A DNA stretch of 54,632 nt from an uncultured virus (IMG/VR IMGVR_UViG_3300042691_044383) (lineage: Duplodnaviria > Heunggongvirae > Uroviricota > Caudoviricetes). The position numbers and the translations under genes are program-made. Positions 1 to 7,735 of this stretch are shown here, in pieces. Numbering within the stretch: position 1 is the first letter of the stretch; every line of letters starts with the position of its first letter. The notes beneath the pieces are model-generated. The model did no database searches. It worked only from the letters and a program-made list of their open reading frames with translations, and had not been told where the DNA came from. Location of the stretch: the IMG/VR virus record IMGVR_UViG_3300042691_044383, positions 62,001 to 116,632 of that record. One strand, given 5' to 3'.

Positions 1-254
1 TCGTGCTTTTCCAGTTGTTTTTTCCACAGGTCAAGCCGATATTCGTCGATAAACGCAATATCCGAATCAACAGGGGCCTGCCACTTGAACCAAAGGAACC
101 TGCGGGTAACGGTCGCTGGGGTTACCGCAGGCTGCTCCCCGGGATGTTTGAACTCCGCAGCAAACACGCAGCTTTCGCACGATGGATGCTGCGGCTTACA
201 GCTCTCTATCTTTTCGTCTTCCACTTTTTCAGCTTCCACTTTGTCGTCTTCCAT
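1..254 (-). CDS. Hypothetical protein, 3'-truncated at the window edge
   Basis: Not in the ORF track. ATG at 254 opens MEDDKVEAEKVEDEKIESCKPQHPSCESCVF... with no stop before position 1. It overlaps the end of the upstream gene on the same strand. Confidence 0.6.
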   Translation of the reverse strand, partial: MEDDKVEAEKVEDEKIESCKPQHPSCESCVFAAEFKHPGEQPAVTPATVTRRFLWFKWQAPVDSDIAFIDEYRLDLWKKQLEKH

Positions 255-651
255 TTAATTCGTAGTAAACAGAGGTCGCAGTATCTCCGGCTATTGCGTA
301 GATTTCGCGGTGATCAGGCGTTCTGGATGAGGTTACCTCGCTGTCCGAAAAACCTGAGTGCCACCAATCCTTGTCTTTTTCTGAAGACGATCCGCATAAG
401 TCGTCGCATATCAGCGACATTAAATCGTCGATTAACCTGGCGCGAGCGACTAGCACGAAGTTGTCTACGTGATTGACCTCGGCCACCAACCGAAATCGTT
501 TGTCCTCCATAAGCCTTTTTCGTATTGCGGGCAATCCGATGAGCATTTTTTGACGAATGGGGCAGTCGACAAACTGTTGTTTATCGACTGCCCCATCTTT
601 GTTATCTTTTTTCATGCTTTCTTGCAGCTTTTTAAACCAGTCCGACATCAC
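229..651 (-). CDS. Hypothetical protein
   Basis: 140-aa ORF whose start overlaps the stop of the DUF2997-like gene, suggesting translational coupling. Confidence 0.7.
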   Translation of the reverse strand: MMSDWFKKLQESMKKDNKDGAVDKQQFVDCPIRQKMLIGLPAIRKRLMEDKRFRLVAEVNHVDNFVLVARARLIDDLMSLICDDLCGSSSEKDKDWWHSGFSDSEVTSSRTPDHREIYAIAGDTATSVYYELNGRRQSGS

Positions 652-845
652 TGCCTCATCCTTTCGGCGATAGGCGGTTGAGGTATGTGGTACTCCGGTT
701 TCAAAACTTGAGCCGCCGGAGCTTCTCCGATGAGCGTTTCCTTAAGCGGCTGCGTGGCCTTCACGCAACTTCCGCCGGTAAACCCGCTCGCCTCGATGCT
801 TGTTTGACCGTCCGGTTGAATGGTGACTGTGATTGTTTTTTCCAC
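648..845 (-). CDS. DUF2997-family protein
   Basis: KTITVTIQPDGQTSIEASGFTGGSCVKATQPL...KPEY matches the family pattern as I recall it. It sits next to a DUF1257-like gene, its usual partner. Confidence 0.8.
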   Translation of the reverse strand: MEKTITVTIQPDGQTSIEASGFTGGSCVKATQPLKETLIGEAPAAQVLKPEYHIPQPPIAERMRQ

Positions 846-847
846 GC

Positions 848-1546
848 TTAGCGACCTTTCACTTGATAAACTAATCTGCCGTCAGGCATTGCGACACGTG
901 TGACTTGACCGTAGGCAGGGTTGCCCATAGCCATTTGTTGTTGAATGACTCGCTCAGTGGCCCTCGCGGCGTAACCTTGCTTGAGCTGGTTAGCCCAATT
1001 GTCTACGCCTGCCTTCGACTCGTGCTTGCCGAGACCTTTGGCGTTCAGCAACCCGTTACCCTGGCTGAAAAAGTCCATCATCAGCACGAATTCGCCGTTG
1101 CGGAACGGGTGCGGAATAACACCAATCTCGTAGGCCCCCTTGTTGCCTTCGCCCGCCTTGTAACGAATGACGTACTGACAATCTTTGCTCATGCGTTCCT
1201 TGACAATTCTCGTGTACGCAGCGTGCACTTTCTCGTTCTGCAAAAGTCTTTTCTGCGTAGCCAGATTCCAAGGTTGGCTTTCCAGGTCGGAAAGCTTAGC
1301 TGGAAGCGTTACGCCCATCTCTTTTGCAATAACGGCAAGGTCGAACCCTTCCAGGCTAAGTTCGTTTGCCAAGATGGCCTGGTAAAACCCAGGAATAGGA
1401 TAATCTCCGGCCAGCCTGCCGTGGTCGGTTATCCACGTGCGGTACTGCGTACCTTCGACCAACTCAAGCTGCGGACACTGCTCTTTTACCACCTGCGAGA
1501 GAGCAGTGATGTCCTTAACACAAAAACCGTTCACTAAATGGCTCAT
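848..1546 (-). CDS. DUF1257-like protein with an internal insertion
   Basis: N-terminal MSH...KDITAL, central YEIGV...DFF, C-terminal LKQGYA...PDGRLVYQV. Longer than typical members. Confidence 0.7.
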   Translation of the reverse strand: MSHLVNGFCVKDITALSQVVKEQCPQLELVEGTQYRTWITDHGRLAGDYPIPGFYQAILANELSLEGFDLAVIAKEMGVTLPAKLSDLESQPWNLATQKRLLQNEKVHAAYTRIVKERMSKDCQYVIRYKAGEGNKGAYEIGVIPHPFRNGEFVLMMDFFSQGNGLLNAKGLGKHESKAGVDNWANQLKQGYAARATERVIQQQMAMGNPAYGQVTRVAMPDGRLVYQVKGR

Positions 1547-1557
1547 GTTGACTCCAT

Positions 1558-1593
1558 AAAAAAACCACCCGGCCAGAAACCTAGCCGGGTGGT
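1558..1593 (-). terminator. Rho-independent terminator
   Basis: Minus strand ACCACCCGGCTAG-GTTT-CTGGCCGGGTGGT followed by a T run, just after the 1615-1899 gene. Confidence 0.8.
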
Positions 1594-1614
1594 CACGCGT
1601 TGAAGGGTGCTAGA

Positions 1615-1899
1615 CTAACGGCAGCAACGAGCTCGCCGTGTCGTAAATACTCGTTTCACGGGACGAGTTGCAACTGCAACCGCCTTTTGCGTGGCGCAGG
1701 TTGCGGACTGCACCGTGGACTGTACAACGTGCTCGACAGCGTGTACAGCGGTCTCGGTTGCCTCGAATACCGGCGTTGCTACTGCGGTAACCGTGTTTCG
1801 TACAGGCTTACGGCAGGTACCGCTGCCGCAGTCTTGCGCCGACGCAAAACTGGAACTGGCAACAACTAAAAGCAAGTACTTCCAGGGGGTAATCTTCAT
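1615..1899 (-). CDS. Small secreted Cys/Arg-rich protein (planctomycete-like style)
   Basis: Signal peptide ending SFASA, then QDCGSGTCRKPVRN...RPVKRVFTTRRARCCR. Confidence 0.7.
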   Translation of the reverse strand: MKITPWKYLLLVVASSSFASAQDCGSGTCRKPVRNTVTAVATPVFEATETAVHAVEHVVQSTVQSATCATQKAVAVATRPVKRVFTTRRARCCR

Positions 1900-2666
1900 T
1901 CTTCTTCTGCTCCCGATAAGGATACTATTTGTTGCAGCTGACGTACTACAACTTCTGTCGAACCGTTGCTCAATGGTAACATACGCAGTTGATCCATCAA
2001 GCCCTGCATATTTTCCAGGTAAATCGTACGCAGATCTCCTGTCTTGCTTTGTTGCATTTTGTAGATAGCCGAGTACATCTCCGGGTCGTCGGCGTAATCC
2101 GCATCTACTTTGCTTGCACTGTCGTCACTCATTGCAAATTTCAGGACGTCAAAGGGTTTTAAAATACCCTCTTCACGGAGTACCTGTTTGATGTACTCCT
2201 GAATTTCAGCCGAAAACTCGGTGTCTTCGGGATCGTCGTTGGGGGGATACAGCAGCAGAGCTTCCGTAATTCCGACCAACATCTCACCGGCGTCCGCCGG
2301 TTCAAACTCGTTCGGTTGAAAATCGTCACCGGACAATATATTGCAGATTTCGACAAATCGCGTTACGTCTTTGTAGAAGTAATTCGTAGTCAAAATTGTC
2401 ACCGCCGCCATGATTTTATCTAGCGTGATCTTCGGCAACTTCAGCTGAAAGTCCTGCTCTAACTCCATTCTTATGGTCGCAGGGGACCAGGAAAGGGCGT
2501 CCGTGCCGTACTTGTCTAGTACAAGCAGGATCAAAGGCGTAGCGTAAGCTTCCTCCGCGGCAAGCAAAGTTCGCTGGGCCAGCTTGGCGACTTGCGGCTG
2601 GCTTGTCGAACTATTGGCTTGCTTGATTAGTGTCTGAAGTAGCATCGACGTTGCTTTTTGATCCAT
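1896..2666 (-). CDS. Hypothetical phage protein
   Basis: Acidic helical ORF. Start moved to ATG 2666 (MDQKAT) because the longer call lies inside the upstream gene. Confidence 0.75.
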   Translation of the reverse strand: MDQKATSMLLQTLIKQANSSTSQPQVAKLAQRTLLAAEEAYATPLILLVLDKYGTDALSWSPATIRMELEQDFQLKLPKITLDKIMAAVTILTTNYFYKDVTRFVEICNILSGDDFQPNEFEPADAGEMLVGITEALLLYPPNDDPEDTEFSAEIQEYIKQVLREEGILKPFDVLKFAMSDDSASKVDADYADDPEMYSAIYKMQQSKTGDLRTIYLENMQGLMDQLRMLPLSNGSTEVVVRQLQQIVSLSGAEEE

Positions 2667-3015
2667 TTTTTCTTCGCTGCAGTAAGGCCGTGAAGTCACA
2701 AGTAACATGCGTGATTGCAGGCTGAGGCAGTGTTTTAATTTCTTCGGCGGTCGCCGTGTCCCAGAAGGAAACGCCGCCGGAGAAAGTGACCCAGCGACTA
2801 TCGCAAACGACAACGTTGAAAACGCAAACTGCATGCGACGGAAGCTGGGGTGCTTCGCGTGCGACCAAGGCTTCCGTACCTACGAATTTGATTATATCGT
2901 AAACTTGTGCCTCAGAGAACATATTCAAGTGTTCAAGCCACAGCATGAACCAAACCACGTGGTCGTGGCACGAGCCCGTTGCCCGGTCTAAACGTCTGAT
3001 TTTGTTCGGGTCCAT
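2611..3015 (-). CDS. Hypothetical protein
   Basis: 134-aa ORF from ATG 3015 that fits the minus-strand gene tiling. Confidence 0.65.
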   Translation of the reverse strand: MDPNKIRRLDRATGSCHDHVVWFMLWLEHLNMFSEAQVYDIIKFVGTEALVAREAPQLPSHAVCVFNVVVCDSRWVTFSGGVSFWDTATAEEIKTLPQPAITHVTCDFTALLQRRKNGSKSNVDATSDTNQASQ

Positions 3016-3026
3016 GGTCAATAGCT

Positions 3027-3051
3027 AAAAAAAAGTCGCGTGAACCGCGAC
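3027..3051 (-). terminator. Possible rho-independent terminator
   Basis: Minus strand GTCGCG-GTTCA-CGCGAC followed by T8. Confidence 0.55.
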
Positions 3052-3141
3052 GTGGGAAAGAGAAAGAAGCCGCAGGAGAAACTTGTTTATGTTTTAGATA
3101 AACAAGTCGCTCCTGCGACAATTATTACCTGCGATCCGCAA

Positions 3142-3807
3142 CTAGCGAACGCTTCCTGTAACCTTAGCAACAAACTTGTTGATCCTTAGCGGATTGTCGC
3201 AATTAACTGTGGTTATGTTCCACAGGTCAACCGCTGCACCGCTTCCGTTCACAACGATCCCGTTCGTCGTCACTCCGGTCGCCTTAACGCATTCCAATAA
3301 GCAATCGTTGACGCTCCCGGCGGAGTCGTTTGTTGCTTGGACGCAAACCCTGTTGGTGCTGCTAGCACCATTGCTCAAAAATACGCTATTGGCGACAGCG
3401 AAGTCGCACCTTGAGAAAAACAGGCAGTTTGAGTTTTGGGTAGTGGCCCATTCGAGGTAATCAATTGTTACTTGCGGCCTAGTGCCGTCAGCAGATGGGT
3501 ACGCTGCCAGTGTGCCACAAACACCGGCGGCATCGGGGCCGACCACCACAGGTTCAGCCTCGGTACCGTTAACTGAAAGCGAACCATAGACCTGCATGGG
3601 CAATCCAAGGCCTTTCACCTGGATAGTTACACCGGCCTCAAGAATGAGAGCACCTCCCTTGCGGACGATGACTTCTTGCGTCTGCAGGTAATTGCCCTTG
3701 GGAACCGTCACAGTTTGACCGGCCTCAACAAATCGAACCGGTAGCGGTGTCTGCGCCGAGACCAGCGAACTCGCCAATGCTAAAACCAAAAAACAAACAA
3801 AACGCAT
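3142..3807 (-). CDS. Secreted beta-helix (pectin-lyase-like fold) protein
   Basis: Signal peptide MRFVCFLVLALASSLVSA, then VRKGGALILEAGVTI...VYGSLSVNGTEAEPVV, typical of right-handed beta-helix surface proteins. Confidence 0.6.
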   Translation of the reverse strand: MRFVCFLVLALASSLVSAQTPLPVRFVEAGQTVTVPKGNYLQTQEVIVRKGGALILEAGVTIQVKGLGLPMQVYGSLSVNGTEAEPVVVGPDAAGVCGTLAAYPSADGTRPQVTIDYLEWATTQNSNCLFFSRCDFAVANSVFLSNGASSTNRVCVQATNDSAGSVNDCLLECVKATGVTTNGIVVNGSGAAVDLWNITTVNCDNPLRINKFVAKVTGSVR

Positions 3808-3871
3808 AACCAAACCCTTTCAAAACAAACCAACAAACATCCAGTTATTAAGAACGCCTTAATAACTCAGC

Positions 3872-3954
3872 GGACCGGCCATGATTCGAACATGTTAGAC
3901 CGCTCTTTGAGCACCATCGCGGATTACTTTTCAGTGGTCCCGCGCCGCCGATCC
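3872..3954 (-). ncRNA. tRNA-like element C (atypical cloverleaf)
   Basis: Acceptor stem GGATCGG/CCGGTCC and T arm CATG-TTCGAAT-CATG. The D region is extended and carries a GAAA hairpin. No canonical 7-nt anticodon loop and no CCA. Confidence 0.55.
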
Positions 3955-4035
3955 AATTTACCAGCCTCACAAGCGGTTGCTTATCTGGTGTCATTTCGCA
4001 CCTTTTACTATCTTTCTTTCGTACCGCTCCGAAAA

Positions 4036-4129
4036 GGATCGGGCAGGAATTAGCACCTGCTGTCGCCTGCACTCAATTGGATACTTGCAGGAGTGTTGGT
4101 GAGCGTGTCACTGTCCACGCCGCCGATCC
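4036..4129 (-). ncRNA. tRNA-like element B
   Basis: GGATCGG/CCGATCC acceptor, D arm GCGT-GGACAGTGAC-ACGC, T arm GCAGG-TGCTAATT-CCTGC. A 42-nt insert replaces the anticodon and variable arms. Confidence 0.6.
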
Positions 4130-4291
4130 TCGCCGTCTCTCCGGCTGTGTCTTTGCTCGGCACGACCCGATTACCCGCTCCCTGCTCCTTTCGAATTATC
4201 TCCGGAAGCAGATCCTTGCGGCACAAAATTAACCATTTCACTGGACTCTGCATGCCCGTAGGCTACCAGTAGCAGGTTTCGCATATGCAAA

Positions 4292-4415
4292 GGATCGGGC
4301 AGGAATTACACCTGCTTTTCATACTTGGCGGTATTCGATCTGTTCCGAATCCGTTGCGTCTATGCGTTTAGGCGTTGCACAGCTTTCCGCGTGTCGTTGT
4401 CCACGCCGCCGATCC
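4292..4415 (-). ncRNA. tRNA-like element A
   Basis: GGATCGG/CCGATCC acceptor, D arm GCGT-GGACAACGAC-ACGC, T arm GCAGG-TGTAATT-CCTGC. The ~73-nt insert is unrelated to that of element B. Confidence 0.6.
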
Positions 4416-4417
4416 TC

Positions 4418-4648
4418 GCAACTCAGGCTGTTGCCGCCTTATCGGTTTTGCCTCCGAGTTCGGCTCGTCTTGTAATCATCATCGCTTCATGACTGTTCTC
4501 CTCATGTTTTGCTATCCGAATCGCTTGCCTGTGGTGGCCTAACGGGCGTCAGGGCTATTCTTTGAGACCTAGACCTGACCGTCTGTCGGAACTTGTTCGC
4601 GTACCCGGTCGGCTTATTTGTTAGTGCAACTTAGGCTGTTGCCGCCTT
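4418..4648. repeat. 23-nt direct repeat (4418-4440 and 4626-4648)
   Basis: gcaact(c/t)aggctgttgccgcctt, 22/23 identical. The core recurs at 9889-9901. Confidence 0.85.
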
Positions 4649-4707
4649 GCGTTAGCTAGCCACCGAAATGGCTAGCTGATTGCTGTCGAAATTGGCATTA
4701 CCTGCGA

Positions 4708-5034
4708 TTACACCTTGGCGGTGATCTCAAAGGCAGCCTGGTAATAGGCTGGTTGCATTTCCGGGCTCGAAAAGTCAAGCGGTTTCCCTTCGCTATCGCG
4801 AAGGTCGTCTAACGACTTGCCTTCTTTGTTTCGCGGGTGAATCGCCTGGGCGGCTCCCGAAATGCCGGGAGACCCCTTAATGCCAGCGGAACTCGCGGCT
4901 CTTAGGGCCTCGTTACGGGCCGCAGCCGATCCAAGCTCTTCGATCTGCTCGGTAAACGACTTTTTGTCGGACCGCACCGAAACGATGGCCCGCGTGCCGT
5001 CACTAGCTAGTTGGCACTGCACTACTTCAATCAT
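4708..5034 (-). CDS. Hypothetical protein
   Basis: 108-aa ORF with GAGG upstream of the ATG. Confidence 0.75.
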   Translation of the reverse strand: MIEVVQCQLASDGTRAIVSVRSDKKSFTEQIEELGSAAARNEALRAASSAGIKGSPGISGAAQAIHPRNKEGKSLDDLRDSEGKPLDFSSPEMQPAYYQAAFEITAKV

Positions 5035-5076
5035 CTGTGTATACCTCTCGAGTAAAGGGTTGAACTTTCGGGGATT

Positions 5077-5454
5077 TTACTTGCTTGCGACAACCGTGTC
5101 TACGGTTTTCGCGGTAGCCCGTTGACGGTTAGCTGACGCCAACTTTGCTCGCCGAACTTCCTTGCGGTCGATCGCCACCGACTGAGTCGCGGTGAACCGG
5201 AGCCTGATATTCGATCCTCCTTCGACAAGTTCGATCAAGCACTGCCCGTGCTTCAACGGCTTGTCTTTAGCGAGAAACCGCAGGTAACTCGGCTTACCGC
5301 CCGGAGGTACGACACAAATTTGCGCGGTATTTTGCGACGAAGCTCGCACCTGAAACTCCGTCTCACCCAACAAAAAGCAGCTTTCATCTGGGGGTTTCGA
5401 CCCCATGCAAACGCGACGGGTAATCGATAACTTCGATAGCTTTGTATCTGACAT
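5077..5454 (-). CDS. CsrA-like (carbon storage regulator fold) protein, extended
   Basis: N-terminal LSITRR resembles CsrA LILTRR. C-terminal IRLRFTATQSVAIDRKEV resembles VRIGIxAPxxVxVxRxEI. About twice the length of CsrA. Confidence 0.55.
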   Translation of the reverse strand: MSDTKLSKLSITRRVCMGSKPPDESCFLLGETEFQVRASSQNTAQICVVPPGGKPSYLRFLAKDKPLKHGQCLIELVEGGSNIRLRFTATQSVAIDRKEVRRAKLASANRQRATAKTVDTVVASK

Positions 5455-5488
5455 AGGCAAAATCAAAATCCTTTCTCAGGTTCTTTTG

Positions 5489-5722
5489 TTACTCGAAGGT
5501 AAGACGTGAAGGTTTCGTCTTGTTGATATCAGCGGGCGAGTAACCCTGGCGAAACCAGGAAACCAGCTCTTCTGGCGACAGTTGGTCTGTCGTACTTTCT
5601 AAACCGACCTTCCACGGATCTTGCGGTTCGGCCTGGAACGCCTTCAAGGTTTTTCGTCGCACGACGATTACGCTTCTCGCCGCCACGAAGGTGTCACGGG
5701 ACTTTTCAACTGTGGAGATCAT
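5489..5722 (-). CDS. Hypothetical protein
   Basis: Short ORF in the minus-strand tiling. Start uncertain (5722, 5767 or 5800). Confidence 0.5.
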   Translation of the reverse strand: MISTVEKSRDTFVAARSVIVVRRKTLKAFQAEPQDPWKVGLESTTDQLSPEELVSWFRQGYSPADINKTKPSRLTFE

Positions 5723-5919
5723 GATTCTGTCTTTCTTACCAAACGGATGAATAGGAAACCGCAACATCGCCGTTCCCTGAAAACTTATCAGCAAGGACAT
5801 CTACATTACGTGCGTAGACGTCCACCCTTAATGTTTGTTGTCTGGGGGCGGCGCAACCGCCCGCCAGAAACGTAAAAATCAAAATCAATCGGAGCATACT
5901 TCCTCCCTGAAGTCTTGCG

Positions 5920-6171
5920 TTAGGAACACGCTTCCGTCAGCGGTTGCTCGTTTTCCGCGGGTTTAAACGGGGTAAACACGTCGAAAAAGGCGGAGTAAAA
6001 CTGCACTGACTGCACTCCTCGTTTCTTCAACTCCCAAACGATTTCCTCTTCCGAGGCTCCGTTTTTTTTCTGCGGATTGTAGCTCACCATGTAGCTTCCG
6101 AGACGTCGCGACTCTCTCGCAATTTTATCGAACCACTCCTTGCGGTTCTTCTTCTTCATTAAACCTATCAT
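5920..6171 (-). CDS. Hypothetical protein
   Basis: ATG 6171 preceded by AGGAG. Confidence 0.65.
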   Translation of the reverse strand: MIGLMKKKNRKEWFDKIARESRRLGSYMVSYNPQKKNGASEEEIVWELKKRGVQSVQFYSAFFDVFTPFKPAENEQPLTEACS

Positions 6172-6234
6172 ATCAACTCCTGTGAAAGGGTCTAACAAAC
6201 AAGGTAACAGCTGCTACGTAGCAGTTGTCAGCAG

Positions 6235-6308
6235 TGTGACCGCCCGGACTTGAACCGGGAACCGAGAGATTATGAGTCTCCTGCTCTAACCTATTGAGCT
6301 ACGGTCAC
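6235..6308 (-). tRNA. tRNA with CAT anticodon, most likely tRNA-Ile2 (lysidine type)
   Basis: Canonical cloverleaf: GTGACCG/CGGTCAC, GCTC/GAGC, GGAGA-CTCATAA-TCTCT, CCCGG-TTCAAGT-CCGGG, discriminator A, CCA not encoded. The anticodon arm resembles bacterial Ile2 and lacks the initiator GGG/CCC stem. Confidence 0.92.
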
Positions 6309-6317
6309 CACACTAAA

Positions 6318-6563
6318 TCAAAAGGCTCGCTTTCGATTCTTATCTTTTTTCCAAGCAACCTGGAGGCTGTCAACAGCACGTTGTGCCGCTGCGCATTGCT
6401 TGTCGATTTTTTCCAGCTCGGCAATGAGCCGAGTTGAAATATCCCCGAAGTAAATTCGGATCAAACCTTTAAGCATTTCTCGGTCGCCGTGCGGCCAGGA
6501 AAGACCTGCGCGTTTTAAACTGTTCATTACTGCGTCGAGTGCGATCGCGTCAATTTCTGCCAT
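6318..6563 (-). CDS. Hypothetical protein
   Basis: 81-aa helical ORF tightly following the upstream gene. Confidence 0.65.
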   Translation of the reverse strand: MAEIDAIALDAVMNSLKRAGLSWPHGDREMLKGLIRIYFGDISTRLIAELEKIDKQCAAAQRAVDSLQVAWKKDKNRKRAF

Positions 6564-6566
6564 TTC

Positions 6567-7079
6567 TTACCTTTCGACATATTGAAAAGTCGGGACTAAA
6601 TCCGATTCATCGAAGTGATGAACGACAACCATGCGGTGCTGTTCCTTCGGAAGTGAAACCTTCAGCGAAAGACCGGCTTGAATTTTCCTTTTTGGCGTTT
6701 CATTCACGATTTCTTGTTTCAACTTGAAGGACTGCTGGCAGAATACTAAGTACTCTTCCAAACTTGGTAGCAATCCTCCGTACTTTGCTGTGAGCGATTT
6801 TCGATTACCGGCGACCCTTTGCACCGTTAGGTGCGTCCAGTCGTCGGGTGGAAGCTCGTCCACAAAGATCACAAACCCGTGCGGTTTAGCCGCCCGGTTC
6901 CACACCGTAGGCTCGAAAAGCCAGGATCCGTAGAACAGCAAACGGGCGGTAAAATTACCTTTGTCGGTTTGCGTGAACGGGACGTTAGCCAATTTAACTT
7001 CGTGGTTCTTGTTGACGGAAAAATCCCGCCAAAGGCACGTGCCAGGCTTCAACCCGGCCATCAAATCTTCCGTTCTCAC
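6567..7079 (-). CDS. Hypothetical protein
   Basis: 170-aa ORF with a GTGA start/stop overlap with the pentapeptide gene. Confidence 0.7.
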   Translation of the reverse strand: MRTEDLMAGLKPGTCLWRDFSVNKNHEVKLANVPFTQTDKGNFTARLLFYGSWLFEPTVWNRAAKPHGFVIFVDELPPDDWTHLTVQRVAGNRKSLTAKYGGLLPSLEEYLVFCQQSFKLKQEIVNETPKRKIQAGLSLKVSLPKEQHRMVVVHHFDESDLVPTFQYVER

Positions 7080-7735
7080 GTGTCACCGCCTTTCGCTTTT
7101 GCCATCACACCCCGTATCACGCCTTTAATCATTTCGCCGTGCGACTTCCACCAAGCAGACGCATCTTCGTGCATCTGCTTGATCTCTTCGCTTTCAGGCG
7201 TCCACGCTAACCAGTCCTCGTTAATGCGCTGCTGGCAGCCGATAGCTGTTCGGTCCGCGTAAACGCAGACCGACCAACCTCCAAAATCCATCCTACAAAT
7301 TGCGGCGTTGATGCAAGCGCCGATCACGACGGTGCGGCTCAGGTTTGCACCTTTCAGGTTTGCACGGTACAGATTGGCGCCTTCCAGGTTTGCACGGTAC
7401 AGATTGGCGCCTTCCAGGTTGGCATGCCGCAGGTCGGCACCTCGAAGGTTGGCCTCGCTTAGGTTGGCATGCCGCAAGTCGGCACCTTCCAGGTTAGCCT
7501 CGAACAGTTTAGCGTCTAACAGGTTGGCACCTCGCAGGTTGGCCTCGCCAAGGTTGGCATAGACCAGGTTGGCCCGTACAAGCTCAGCCAGGCGAAAGTC
7601 GCAATGTCGCATATAAACACCGCAAAGGTTGGCACTAACCAGGTTGGCACTGTAAAAGTTGGCTTTCTTTCCGCCCTCGCCACGCAACCACTTCGCGTGC
7701 TCAGTTAAAATCGTTGCTAGTTCTTCAGGTTTCAT
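7076..7735 (-). CDS. Pentapeptide repeat protein
   Basis: A(N/D)LxG repeats (ANLEG, ADLRH, ANLYR), N-cap ILTEHAKWL, C-terminal IGCQ...W domain. Confidence 0.95.
   Translation of the reverse strand: MKPEELATILTEHAKWLRGEGGKKANFYSANLVSANLCGVYMRHCDFRLAELVRANLVYANLGEANLRGANLLDAKLFEANLEGADLRHANLSEANLRGADLRHANLEGANLYRANLEGANLYRANLKGANLSRTVVIGACINAAICRMDFGGWSVCVYADRTAIGCQQRINEDWLAWTPESEEIKQMHEDASAWWKSHGEMIKGVIRGVMAKAKGGDT

Noticed and set aside
4423..4482. Short peptide MMITRRAELGGKTDKAATA resembling a degradation tag
   Set aside because: The second copy of the repeat has an in-frame stop just upstream, so the conservation is better explained at the RNA level.
3872..4648. CRISPR array
   Set aside because: The repeats are bipartite, few and irregularly spaced, and they fold as tRNA arms. 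No cas genes were recognised.
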